A stretch of DNA of 64,000 bases, taken from the NCBI GenBank assembly GCA_964187785.1, contig OZ076409.1, positions 62,622,001-62,686,000 on the forward strand, in the 5' to 3' direction. Positions 1 to 10,997 of the stretch are shown one piece after another. The DNA comes from Amphiscolops sp. MND2022 (lineage: Eukaryota). Under the pieces are notes generated by a model, which saw nothing but the letters and a program-made list of their open reading frames with translations, was not told the origin of the DNA and did no database searches. Made by a program: the position numbers and the translations under genes. Every line of letters starts with the position of its first letter. The first letter of the stretch is position 1.

Positions 1-1229
1 TTGGGCATTACACTCAAATGTGCAACGACAAAGCACCCGCAAACAATTGGGAAATTAGAGCGGACCCATGCCTCATTAAAGACAAACCTCAAAATGGCAT
101 GTGGGGAATACCGCCGACAATGGCATAAATACTTACCATTAGCAGTACTCAATCATAATACGAGTTATCACGCCAGCATCGGTTGTGAGCCAACGAGAGT
201 ATTCCATGGCAGAATTCCCTACAATATTTTGGATCACAAGCTTGGAAATAATCCAAACGAAAAGATCAGCCCTACAACTGAATTCGCCGAAGAAATCCAA
301 AATCGGACGAAAACCTTGATTGACAAGACGAAACAGAACATTATGCAATCGTATATTAAATACAAAGAATACTACGATCGCAAGGCGAAAGCTGCTCCAT
401 TGAAGGAGAATGAGTACTGTTTCGTCCTACAGCCGAAAGCGGACAATCAAGGATCAAAAATTCCATTCCGTGATTATCGATGGATTGGACCATTCATAGT
501 CCAAAAAGTTTTACCCAATGAAAATTACATAGTTCGACGACTTAATACAAATAAAACTCAAATTTTGCATCGAATTCGCCTTAAAAGGTTTGTTCCCAAT
601 CAACCGCTTGAGGACAATTTCCGAGAACAACGCTTCAACCAGACGAAGAAATTATCATTCCACAAGACGATTTATACGTCATAACGTGGGAAACAGACTT
701 CGGCGAACAGCTAGTTACACGAGGCAACGAACCTATTCCGACTAGCTTGCCGAACGGCGAACGGCCGAGTATGGCAGAAAATACAAATGACGCAAACGAG
801 AATGACGTCGATTACATAATCACGCGAGAAGGATTAAACAACGACAACGCGGTACACAGCCGGAATGACCGCTTAAGTCACGACGTAACGACAAGTAATG
901 ACGTCACCGAAGAAGCATCGAATGACGAACCTGATTGGCCGAACGAGGCCGGTTTACCGAAAGCTCACGAAACGCATTCACCGAATACAGCAAATGACCT
1001 TCAAAAAGACAAAATCATTCTAGAAAGACCAAAAAACAAGGAAATTTTCCCACATGAAAATTTGCGAACCGAAACCGATACACAAAATTCTCCAAGAAGG
1101 GGGGATGATATTATCGTGCCCGAAATATCTGAAAACGATGCCAGAAATGAAAGTCTGAGCCCTAGAGGGGGGAAATATAACCTCAGACCTAACCCTAACC
1201 CAAACTACTCAGAAGACTACAGATATTAG
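1..1229 (+). pseudogene. Gypsy pol: integrase core end, GPY/F domain and C-terminal tail, with one frameshift near 631-633
   Basis: ORF 1..684 encodes the integrase end. Shifting frame near 633 gives LQPDEEIIIPQDDLYVITWETDFGEQ..., which runs in frame into ORF 747..1229. Confidence 0.85.
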
Positions 1230-1472
1230 AGAAAATTAAATTCGGCTCAGGAAATTAGCCCTGAACTGTTTTATTCTCTTCTCTTTTACTTTTCTTTTTA
1301 CTAGTCCCATGCAGCAGTATCTTTTGAATAAATAAAGGGACACTTGGACGATCCCTTACAAAGAAAATAAATACGGGATCAGAAGAATCGAGAGCAACAA
1401 AATGAAATCAATAATACAAACAGAAAATCAACAAAGTTTACAGTCTGCAAGTACATAAATACATATGTACAA

Positions 1473-4400
1473 TTAGCTCTTAGAACCACCAGCAGACGAT
1501 TCACCAAGGACAGACGAAGCTCTACCCCGGGAACAACCCTTTTCCATCCGTCTCCGCTTACTATCACTGGGTGGCCTCACAGCAGGAGCATCAGGCACAG
1601 AAGAAGTATCAGCAAAAGTGGGACTTCTAAAATAGAATTCTGACCCGGAGAGAACAGAGCGATAAGAGGTGACGAGAGTCTTGTAAATTGCTGAACGGCC
1701 GAAGCTGTCTACAAAGGTCCACGGGTCGTAATCGGCAGCGAAGGCAGTCTGTCCAAACATCGAAGACAATTCGAAGAATTTCTCGAGACGAGACTCGGAA
1801 CAGCAGGCAACCAGAGAATCAGGCACTGTTGACAGATAACTTTGACAAGGCAAGATGACGTCCGCTAAACGAGACTGAAGCCCCTTTGTGTCAATCTTAC
1901 CCAAAGAAACAGGAGGATACTCGGGACTCACAGAAGTGATGCAGAGGCAACTCAGCTTGAACAGATAACAAAGATGCTCATGCGTGTGGAGAAACTCCAA
2001 TCCCATGAAGAAGTCAATGAGATCAGGAGGATCGCAGGAAGAGTCGAACTCAGAAGAATGGTTGGCTCGAAGGTAATCCAATAGGGCAACGTACTCGTCC
2101 CGGCAAACTGACTCATTGGACGCTGAAACCCAGGAACGCAGTTGGAAGGTGGAATACAGGCGGTCAAAATGCCGCAAAGCAACTTCCACGGGCCTCCTGA
2201 AGAGGATATGTGGATCAAACGCAGCCAGTCCTTTGATGAGGTCAGATCCAAGCTCGGAGTGTTGGAGTACTCCGGACAACAAGAACTTGATGAACTCCCT
2301 CGCGCTCTTCACAAAGTCTGATTTTGCGTTTTCAGCAGTCTTGTCGATCGCTGCCTTGCTAGATTTCTTGTTGAAATGAAGCCCCGCTGCTTTCAAGTTG
2401 CTTGCACTAGTCACTTTACTGGCAATCTTGAGCCGTACCAGGAAATCTTCGTCACTCATGGGCTTGCCCTGACTGATCCGGAAGTCCATCAACAGGAACC
2501 AAGCGCTTTCCAGAGGCACAGTGTCAGGCTGGTAGATGCGGAAGCAAAGACGATTGATGTACTTGCACATCTCTCCACAAAGGAAGAAGGTAGCATCTGG
2601 CCTCTGACCCAGATTGATGGCGAAACTAGTGACATCTAAAACACAGGACCTGAAGGTCCCTAAAAGGACAGCAGACCAAAGTGACCCTACCAAACTAGAA
2701 ATACTCACAATCGCTGACTAGGCGTTGAAACAGCTCCAGTTTGACAGTGAAGAAATTGTCCATGATCAGGGACCACTCGAAGCTCTGGACCTGTGGAAAG
2801 ATATGATGTAAATTTGAAACGATAACCCTACCTATGCTTATGAAAAGGAACGTTCACTAGAACTCTTTCTAAAAAGACAGATGATTTTGTGAACTACAAC
2901 CTTGTTGTGGACCCCTTGATTCTCTTGTCGGCGTGAATGCACAGTGAAGTAGCGCAGGATCGACTTCCACTTCTTCAACAGATCGCGGCACAAATCAGGT
3001 ATTTTGGCTATTCCCAGCGTGCAAGTCGTGATAGCCTAAACAAAACGATTTAAAATGGGAGCCCTAACTGTCAGTGACTACCTCCGACCTTCACCAATAT
3101 TATGCAGAACAAATTTGCAAAATAGACTTACTCGGGCAAGTTCAGTCGAATCGGTGACCCAGTCCTCAGACAAGCAACCTCCAAGCGAGACCAGAAGACA
3201 TTGAAGGACAGAGAACATGTCTATATGCCCGAAGACGCTGTAGTTTACCTTGTGCATCAAAGCCCTCAAGTCGAGCGACTCAAACCGGAAGCAACTTTGG
3301 ATCCCACGTGGGTAAGAGGGATGCTGGTCCACTGTCCTTATCAGGTCAACGGCACATCCGGATATCGCGACCACATCGGGAGTGGTAGAAATGGCAGACA
3401 ACAATCGTGATAGGGAGCCCATCTCCTCAGTGAGCCCGACACCAGAAAGTCCACTTCAACAGACGAAGATGCGACAAAGTTTTGCACCTTTCCAAAATCG
3501 GAGAGACATCAAGCGATTGGCCCCTCTCTTCTCGAACTCAATCCCATAGTGTTGGGAAGCGATGACTTGCTCTGCCACGTCTTCCATCATGCAGTTGAAG
3601 ACGTGTTGGAAAATGGCCTGAAACGGAACGAAATTCGGATGACCATACGGCTTTACCATTACAAGCTACCTTTACGCTACGAATGATTCTATGATGAAAC
3701 AAACGAGTGAACTTACCATGATGTGGTCTTCGCTCCAGTCAAAATCCTGGAAGACCGACTGGAATCCAGTATAGCTCCCTGCTCTAGCCCACAACCTGCG
3801 GAGGATAGCTATGTTGCCTGAGTCCTGGACGAAATCTCCCAAGAGGCAAATCTGGGCCTGCAATCGCGATTGAGGTGTTACAGGAGCTGAAGAGTGTCCT
3901 TTCAAGTAATCCTCGTAAAAGGGATGTCTTTCGCCAACGTCAATAAGTTCTGTGTGAATGAATTTGGGAAGCTCTTGCGCAAGGTCAGATTTACTGAGGA
4001 TTTTGCCATCCCTTCCTCGAACTCGGTGCTGGACTTTCCCTGTAACGTCATCAACCGTCTTGAGGTGCTCGAACCGCCACCTCTGGTCTCGGCGAAGGTG
4101 TTTCTCAGTCCTGTGGTGACGCAAGATTTCCACAGTGCCTTTAGTCCTTATGCTAAAATTTTTCTTGCACATGTGGCACCACACCATGTAAGGATTATGT
4201 AGCGGGTCTGCCGGGCCAGAAATAAAGGATCTTGTCCATGCGATCTTGGAGAAAAATTCCTCACGCATAGGCACACCCCGCCTTGGCATCCTCTTACTCT
4301 TGCTTTTCCTGGCTGAGACAACTGCCCGACGAGACTTCTGTGCAGAAGATTGACCGCGAAGCTCAGACAAAGTACAGTCCAGACTGCTCTTCTCCTGTAG

Positions 4401-5732
4401 TTCAGCCTCTCCCTCAGTCGTGTCGAGTGACAGCCCTGGTTGTGGGGCTGTAGAGAGATTTTCAGAAGCAGGTTTATTGTAAACTCTGTCAATCAAGAGC
4501 CTTTCCATGGAACTGTCACTATCTTCGAAATAGGAGAGACCACTGACATCCTGAAGTGTGCTCAAGTCAAGTTGCGGACTGGGCTGAGATCCAAGATCGA
4601 CAGAAAGCTCGTCGGAACTGGACCCAGTTTGACGATTGGATCCTGAGGAAGGAGCTCGGGTTCGCGTCCGAAACTTCTCAGTCCGTGAAGGGGCAGTCAC
4701 GGGAGTTCCTTTTACTGCTCCGATTACCATTCTCTCCATGGTGGAACAAGTCATACTGATGGCTTCATCAGTGAGGACCCGAAGCAGGTGATAGACCTGC
4801 GGCTCTGTGAAGGCTACAACCCTCTGTCCAACTGGGAACGTGTAGGGGTCTTCGGCCTCAAAATACTGTTTGAGAGTGGCCCTGCTGCGTCCTGACAAAT
4901 CTCGCAGAACTTCTTCTTGTGGCTGGGGATCAAACCGAGAAGTTCCTGGTGGTCCTGGATCGTGTATTTCCGATTCTGAGTCTTCTTGAGCCTCTGATGT
5001 TGACCCAGTTCCGAAAGGGACGCCCGCGTACAAGAGGGGAATTTCAGACTGACTGGTAGTATCAACAGCCTGAGTGGTGTCACTGTGGTCCCCTGGAATG
5101 GTGAAACGTCCTGTTCCGCCGGGGAGTGGAGGAGGCTCATGAACAGAAGATGAGGCTTCATCATCTGACTGCAGGAAAGAAACTGCAGATGTATCGTGGC
5201 TGCGATTCTGGACAAGTTGCAGCTCAGGGAAACCAGACTGCGACTGTGGCGCTACCGACAGTGAGGACTCAAGTTGTGAAACGCTAGTAACTTCTGTTCC
5301 GGGCTGTTCCGAGGGTGTTGGGGTGCTGGTTCTCACTTGAATAGGGACGTGACCCACGTCTGGGACAACTGGGCCTTGTGCCGGAGACGGCTCTTCTTCC
5401 CTAGGATCGGCAGGATTTGTGTCAGTCAACGCCTGTGAGACTTCCATACGTTGGACCATCTCGTCTGCATACGCTGTGACATCAACGTTACTTTCATTGC
5501 TGAAAGGAGAGTCAGCAGTCAACTGTTGCGCTTGGCCGAGGAATGTTCTTATTGGAGGAAACGGAGGTGGAGAGGGCGTACTGCTGGGCATTGAGATGGG
5601 TAAAGGACGTTGAGGAAGCGCAGTGGAATTACCAGTTGTGGCAATGCTTTGAAGTTGTGGTTCGTCGACGTTCTGTTGTTCTAAACAGAAAGAGATGAAA
5701 TTTGGCGGTAAGCTTCCTTGAAAGAAATCCAT
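1473..5732 (-). CDS. Antisense spliced gene (~1301 codons): long disordered N-terminus, BED-type zinc finger, degenerate hAT-transposase-like domain. This copy has one in-frame TGA at 3458-3456
   Basis: Phase-compatible GT-AG exons 5732-3717, 3617-3132, 3035-2901, 2790-2709, 2659-1473. Donors GTAAGT, GTAAGT, GTTGTA, GTGAGT; acceptors TTTCAG, GTTTAG, CCACAG, TTTTAG. Zinc finger WCHMCKK...LRHHRTEKH at ~4098-4190. hAT-like segments include RDLLKKWKSILRYF, GLAAFDP and DFF...LCYLFKLSCLCITS. Candidate minus-strand AATAAA at 1275-1270. Confidence 0.75.
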
Positions 5733-6230
5733 TCTACCGCATTAGAAAACTTCCGGAAGTACCTTGAAAAATTGAACAAAACGTGTTATCACGTGTTTAC
5801 TGATGGATACAGGAAGCATCTTGTGAACAAATTTAGCCCTGATCAAGTTAAATTAAGTTCAAAACCAAAGCAAACCAACCTTCATCTGAAGACATTCCGT
5901 CCTGTTTTGCCTTTTACTGTCGAACCAATCAAGCTCAGAAGGTGTGGAATCTGGCCGAACTCGGACCAAGGACAAGTCCCAGGAATAATTCAAAGAAGAA
6001 GAAGGGCGCTGTTGAAGAGATTAAGAAGAGTGGAGAAAATTGTCCGGTAAAGGATATCAGACGAAGAAGACAAAGTAAAATAATTGGAATTGAATCGGAA
6101 TTGAAATGGGTTAATGGAATTAGAAGTTGGAGTTCGTGGCTGAAGGAAGTTTATCAGACTAATATTATTTAGTTATTTACATATTTATTATGTACATGGA
6201 GTCTGCCAGCGAAATGTACAAAGAACTTTG

Positions 6231-6415
6231 TTATTTATAGTCTACTTAGTTAGTTGCCGATTCCGGCCGTTTGACCAGTTGCACTCCATCGTTTCATTCA
6301 GTTATTTTAGTTATTCTTAGTTAAAAATCCGCCATTTTGAATTATTTTGGTTCATTATTTTCGCCATTTTATTATTTAATTTTTCATTTTATCAGAGCTT
6401 AACTCTGATTGGCTG
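6231..6415. promoter_or_regulatory. Putative internal divergent promoter region
   Basis: Minus-strand TATA (CTATAAATAA, 6240-6231), two YY1-type CGCCATTTT motifs (6330-6338, 6362-6370) and a CCAAT box (ATTGG at 6408-6412), lying between the divergent ORFs that start at 5732(-) and 6777(+). Confidence 0.45.
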
Positions 6416-6776
6416 AAGCCATGTTGAAAGAATTTAGCGGCGCGTGTTATTAATTGATCCGAAGCAAGCCGTTAATTACCCACTTGAAGAGAAGATATTT
6501 GATATCAACAAATTAAGTGCTGCTTATACCTACTTTGATGATGGCTAGTATGAAGAGCAAACACCTACTTAATCGAGGCCGCCAACCCCGTTTAGGAATT
6601 CCATTCAGGAATGTTTACGATGAATCGGGGCAATCAACCTGAGATTCTCCCGCTAAATTGGGAACTTCGGGAGAGGGCCCGATTCGGAATTTGAGGAGGC
6701 AACAAGGTCATTCTGATTTCAAACTCGCTCACGACAAGTTGACTAGCAAATCTCCAAAATTGCGAAAAAACTGATA

Positions 6777-7547
6777 ATGGAAAGATTCAATAAAGCGAGA
6801 AAACTCTTTGGTTCTTTGGAATTCAGCTCTGACTCATCGAGAGACTCTGTAATCTACATCAGCAGTGATGAAGAAACCTCTGACGGATGGGACTCAGACT
6901 GGTCTACGGACACAGAAGAGATGGTGAGGAGGATTGAAACTCAAGTCCAAGCTGAGCCAATTACCATAGCCGGCAGAAGGATGACGACGGCGAGCGACGA
7001 ACCTGGTCCTAGCTTTGTGCCTTCAGACGTACAAACTACACCGAAGCTGGACAAAACCTACTTCGACGAACAACTATGCTATGCTCCGCCTAGAGGCAAC
7101 ACGAAGAGAAGAATAGAATTATGCAAGACGATTTTGCCTGTGTTGGAGTCGCCGCTCTCGCCCCCCGCTCATGAGAGAGGGCCGTCTATGGATACGCCGG
7201 TGATACAACCCGAAAGTAGTGGATTTCATGCTTCTTACCACATACAAAATGCGTTACCTTACACTGATATCAGCTCCCAAAGGTGCACAAGCTGCATGGT
7301 TTGTGGAAAATCTGTGGACGAAATAAAATCCATGAAGATAAACAGATATATGGAAGTCTCAACTCCAAGGAGCGAGCCCGCTTACATCACGGTTCTCAGG
7401 AAAGAAGCCTACATCAATGGTTTTAATGCAGGCAGTCTTCTTTTCATTGCACCCGCTGTGTCGCAGGCTGCCGCCTGTGACGGCACAAGGATTACAACGA
7501 CGGCTGTTGGTCAGGATGTGGCCCCAGGAACTCTCCCTACCTATTAA
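6777..7547 (+). CDS. Accessory protein of unknown function (256 aa) within the Gypsy element
   Basis: Intact ATG-initiated ORF. Acidic N-terminus with VIYISSDEE (SIM-like) and a CxxCxxC cluster (CTSCMVC). No env-like signal peptide or transmembrane segment is apparent. Confidence 0.65.
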   Translation: MERFNKARKLFGSLEFSSDSSRDSVIYISSDEETSDGWDSDWSTDTEEMVRRIETQVQAEPITIAGRRMTTASDEPGPSFVPSDVQTTPKLDKTYFDEQLCYAPPRGNTKRRIELCKTILPVLESPLSPPAHERGPSMDTPVIQPESSGFHASYHIQNALPYTDISSQRCTSCMVCGKSVDEIKSMKINRYMEVSTPRSEPAYITVLRKEAYINGFNAGSLLFIAPAVSQAAACDGTRITTTAVGQDVAPGTLPTY

Positions 7548-8247
7548 AGTAAACTAAAACTTTCTCTCAAACTTTTACGTTGCTTATGTATTTTGTTGCC
7601 ATATTACTTTAGAAAATAGCCAAAAAGGGCCGTACTGGGACGTATTCCCTTGTTACCAAAATTTAGAATCATTGCACTTGTTGATTATTTATAGTCAACC
7701 TTAGTTTTGAATGTCAACTGTATATTAGTCTGTTAACATAGATTGTGCTGTATTGTTGTATTATCAATGCAATGTAGTAATAATCAAAGATTATAGCAAG
7801 CAACTAAGAGAAAGTACGGAAACGAGTTCAAATGGACTCCTGTACTTTCTTGCCAACGTCGCTTGCGCTCAACCAATTAGCCAATCAGAGGCCTTCATCT
7901 TCGAGTGCTTTATTCTCTTTTGCCAATTACGGCCTTTGTACAATATGGACGAGTGTGCTATTAATGCCGTTCAGGCAAACGGCCTAATCCGGCTATTTAG
8001 TCTCCAATGAGTGAAGTGCTTGTAATTGATGCTAATTTCATGTAGTAGTATTTATTCAGTAGTAAGCTTTGTTGATCACGAAATACCAATTTGAAGCGCT
8101 ATTTAGTACTTTGTTGTGTTACTAACAAATAGTTTCCCGATTCTGCTTTAATATAACCCTGTTGCATGAAATTTGATGTTATTGCCTTAACAGGCCTTTT
8201 GCCATTGTACCTACGATAAGTATTTAGATCAAACAAGTTTGTTGTGC

Positions 8248-9189
8248 TGTCACGTGCTAAAGAACGCGTACCTGTATCAACAAATACCTGTTCGATGGAA
8301 GTATTTTGTCAAATATGTAAACGATGCTAGCGGTTGAATGTTTGTTCCTTTGATGTGTAATATTTGGAACGGATGACGTTCATCCCGTGACCATCAGAAA
8401 TGCAGTCATATGATATTGTCTTAGTCAAAGAATGTGAAAAATGTGAGTGTCACTCTTTCGGGGGTATAAATACCTGTGCCTTTGAGAGAGGAGACACTTC
8501 TTAATTTACTCTCTTCTGAAAAAGACTATCATATTAGTACAAACGGTTTCACTGTTATTTTCGAGATATAATCTAATTCAATTTTATACTCGAAGTTTTC
8601 CTTATGCCTACTACAAGAAAACAAAAGAAGACTAGAAAGTCTAGAGGGCTAGAGATTCTTTCTGATATCGAAAATCTAGACATAATGTTAGGAGGCGATC
8701 GTTACAATGGAACTGAAAGAGAAAGGAGTTTAGAAAGTAACTCCGTTAGAAGGAGAGAAAGTATCATGAGCAATAATTTAGACAACGAAGGCGAAAGCTT
8801 GTTTTCAAATTGTAGAAATGATGAACCTAGGACAAGTGCCGATCTTGGCCAAAACTCAGCTGAAGCAAACTCACTAGCTGAGATAAACAGGTTGTCTAGC
8901 GAACTGAACTCTAGGATATCCCGTGAGATGGATGAAATGATGAGTAATGTCGATACGCTGATCCAAAGGGCCATTAATGAAGCTATTAGTAGTCAAGTAT
9001 TGCCTCAAATACAGAATGTCATTATGGCCGGATCAGGCCGAAAGACCAGAAGGGGATGGGAAGTCCCAGTTGAGAGACCGGAAGTAAATGCCGAAGAACA
9101 GCGAATTCCAAGTGCCAAGGCCGACTGTAGAAATGAACAACATGATGGAAACCGGCCAATTGGTCAATCAAGCCGTCAAGTCCATGACA
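8248..9189 (+). repeat. Putative 3' LTR (~940 bp)
   Basis: Inverted termini TGTCACG (8248) and CATGACA (9183-9189), TATA box GGGTATAAAT at ~8462-8471, and a related degenerate copy near 42400-42800. No canonical PPT is seen upstream and there is no partner LTR in the window. Confidence 0.55.
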
Positions 9190-9227
9190 ACTACTCAAAC
9201 AATACACGAAAAGGGTCATTCTACTGA
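8604..9227 (+). CDS. N-terminal fragment of a gag-like ORF that initiates inside the LTR and reads into flanking DNA
   Basis: Basic N-terminus, then LSDIENLDIMLGG and a coiled-coil-like stretch (LSSELNSRISREMDEMM). A homologous fragment is at 42585..42797. The LTR end at 9189 falls within the ORF. Confidence 0.5.
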   Translation: MPTTRKQKKTRKSRGLEILSDIENLDIMLGGDRYNGTERERSLESNSVRRRESIMSNNLDNEGESLFSNCRNDEPRTSADLGQNSAEANSLAEINRLSSELNSRISREMDEMMSNVDTLIQRAINEAISSQVLPQIQNVIMAGSGRKTRRGWEVPVERPEVNAEEQRIPSAKADCRNEQHDGNRPIGQSSRQVHDNYSNNTRKGSFY

Positions 9228-10603
9228 TGAAACCCACAAAAACTGATTTGACAATTTTATGAAGTCGCTAAAAGGAACCAGCGAGAATTTCGATCAAAAT
9301 TCATTGGCCCTACAATTTCAACATTTTCAAATGGGTATCTTTGGATTGTTCAACAAAACGTCTCGCATTCTGCAGGAAAAATGCCGATGAAAAAAAAAGA
9401 AATGAGACGTGAAAATGTTCCCAAGGGAAAGTAGTTTCGATGAAAACCTTCAGTACCGGTGGAGTAAGATGGAAGGAAGTTTTGAAAGTATAATTTTTTC
9501 TTTAGATTATTCATTCACATGTCTTATGGAAAATTACATGAACTAAGATACGATCAGTAATTTATCTCCCTAGAAAGTTATTTTGGCAGCATTGCACGCC
9601 ACTAAATTTTGTATCAAGTTATCCCAAAAACATTCTGAAATAATTTCAAATCTATTGAAATCTCAAATAAAAATAGATGCAAATTCCTCATCTGAATACT
9701 GAACAAAAAAATCAAGACAAACACTTTGGTTCTCAAATTTTTAATAACTCACGACTTGTTCAAGTCCACGGTGAAAGTTTCTGTCTAGGTGTTAAACTCC
9801 ATTTTGGGCGAAGAAAACAGTTAAGTTGGTAACGAAAACATGAATAACCTTTTTGGAATTGATTGACGGTGGATTCACAAACATTCGAAATAGTTGCAGA
9901 AACCTTCCTTCAACTCATAGTAGAACGAGCCAAAAAAGGTATTTTATCTCGCATGAAGGCAAGTGATTGCGATAAAATACTTCCGAGGACCCAACAAAAC
10001 GAAACCATAATTTAAATTACTAATTTATGCATTTATCCTAGAGCCAGTAGTCGTTGCTCACATAAATTTTCTCGACAACCCATTTTTTTAAAATATTGAA
10101 ACCGACAAAAATATTTTTTAACTTCAATGAAGATCTTTGGTATGGTTCTCAAGATCAATTTTTGTTTTTTTTTCTTCAGCCTTATAAAAATTTACAGTCA
10201 CTTCCATATCTCTAACGTTAAATGTCATCATCTTGAAAGCAAGCTTTTTGACTTTGGTTTTCATGAGGCTGGAAAACACTGAGAGAACTTTGGAAAATGC
10301 AGAATTAATAACAGGAGAGTTGAGCAATGAAATCTGACAAAAACTGGAATAAATAAAAAATGCTATAAAGGTGCAGATTCTAGGAGGTGTTGACTTAGCA
10401 ACCAAGGAGAAAGTGATTTCTCAGATTCAGGCAAACTTGGATAAAGTCGGGAACTGGGTTCGGTTTTAATGCTGACAATAGGCCAGACAATAGGAATATG
10501 AATCCGGGCGGATCAACAACACTTTTATAAAACAAAATTTTCAGAAGCCTAAAAACTTCTCGATCACAATTTTTGTAACTAAAAATAATTTAAAGGAAGC
10601 CAC

Positions 10604-10825
10604 TGTTGTATTCTCTAGATCTAAGTTAAGATGGAAAAGAATCAAAGTTATATCTCTAGTTTCAACTGTTTTATATCAAATCAAATTGTACTTGTGTATC
10701 AAATGTAATTTAATGTAGATTGAGTTTGTTAATAAACAACTCTAGTATCTAGACTAGATAGTTTGTAGACCGAATCTCGGTAGAGGTTAAATGGTAGTCT
10801 GGGCCAGTTTGAACCGAATATAACA
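10604..10825 (-). repeat. 3' LTR of the minus-strand Gypsy element
   Basis: Near-identical to 16270..16491 and adjacent to the PPT. Confidence 0.95.
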
Positions 10826-10997
10826 TTTCTCCCCTATTCTTTTCACATCTTTTTCAATTTTGGTTTGAGGGGCCTGGGGTTGTGGATTCTTCTGGGAGAA
10901 AATCCGCTGGTTTTTGTGCTGTCTCGTGTTTCGGTATTCCCTATTCCCTTGTGTCTGGTCCACACGGTACCTGTAATATAAATTAATCATTTATTTT

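Larger units (their letters stand above)
1..9189 (+). mobile_element. 3' portion of a large Gypsy/Ty3-type LTR retrotransposon (integrase, accessory region, putative 3' LTR); 5' end lies outside the window
   Basis: Integrase C-terminal motifs at 1-684 (HPQTIGKLER, YNxSYHxSIGCEP-like, GPF of the GPY/F domain) and a typical pol tail 'GGKYNLRPNP' ending 1229. A putative LTR TGTCA..TGACA lies at 8248..9189. The 5' LTR and TSD are not visible, so the right boundary is inferred. Confidence 0.75.

Noticed and set aside
3456..3458. TGA as selenocysteine or programmed readthrough
   Set aside because: No SECIS-like evidence. A single CGA>TGA decay mutation is simpler, since the same copy also has a pol frameshift.
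1230..6776. Autonomous hAT transposon nested in the Gypsy element
   Set aside because: No TIR pair or 8-bp TSD was found by eye around the antisense gene, and the catalytic motifs look lost. Not formally excluded without other copies.
6777..7547. Envelope (env) gene
   Set aside because: No signal peptide, furin site or transmembrane anchor, and too short.
7753..8010. Short ORFs here and the many 60-190 aa ORFs in AT-rich repeats or antisense to TE genes
   Set aside because: Mostly non-ATG starts, low-complexity F/K/L-rich translations and no motifs. They are shadows of real frames or of repeats.
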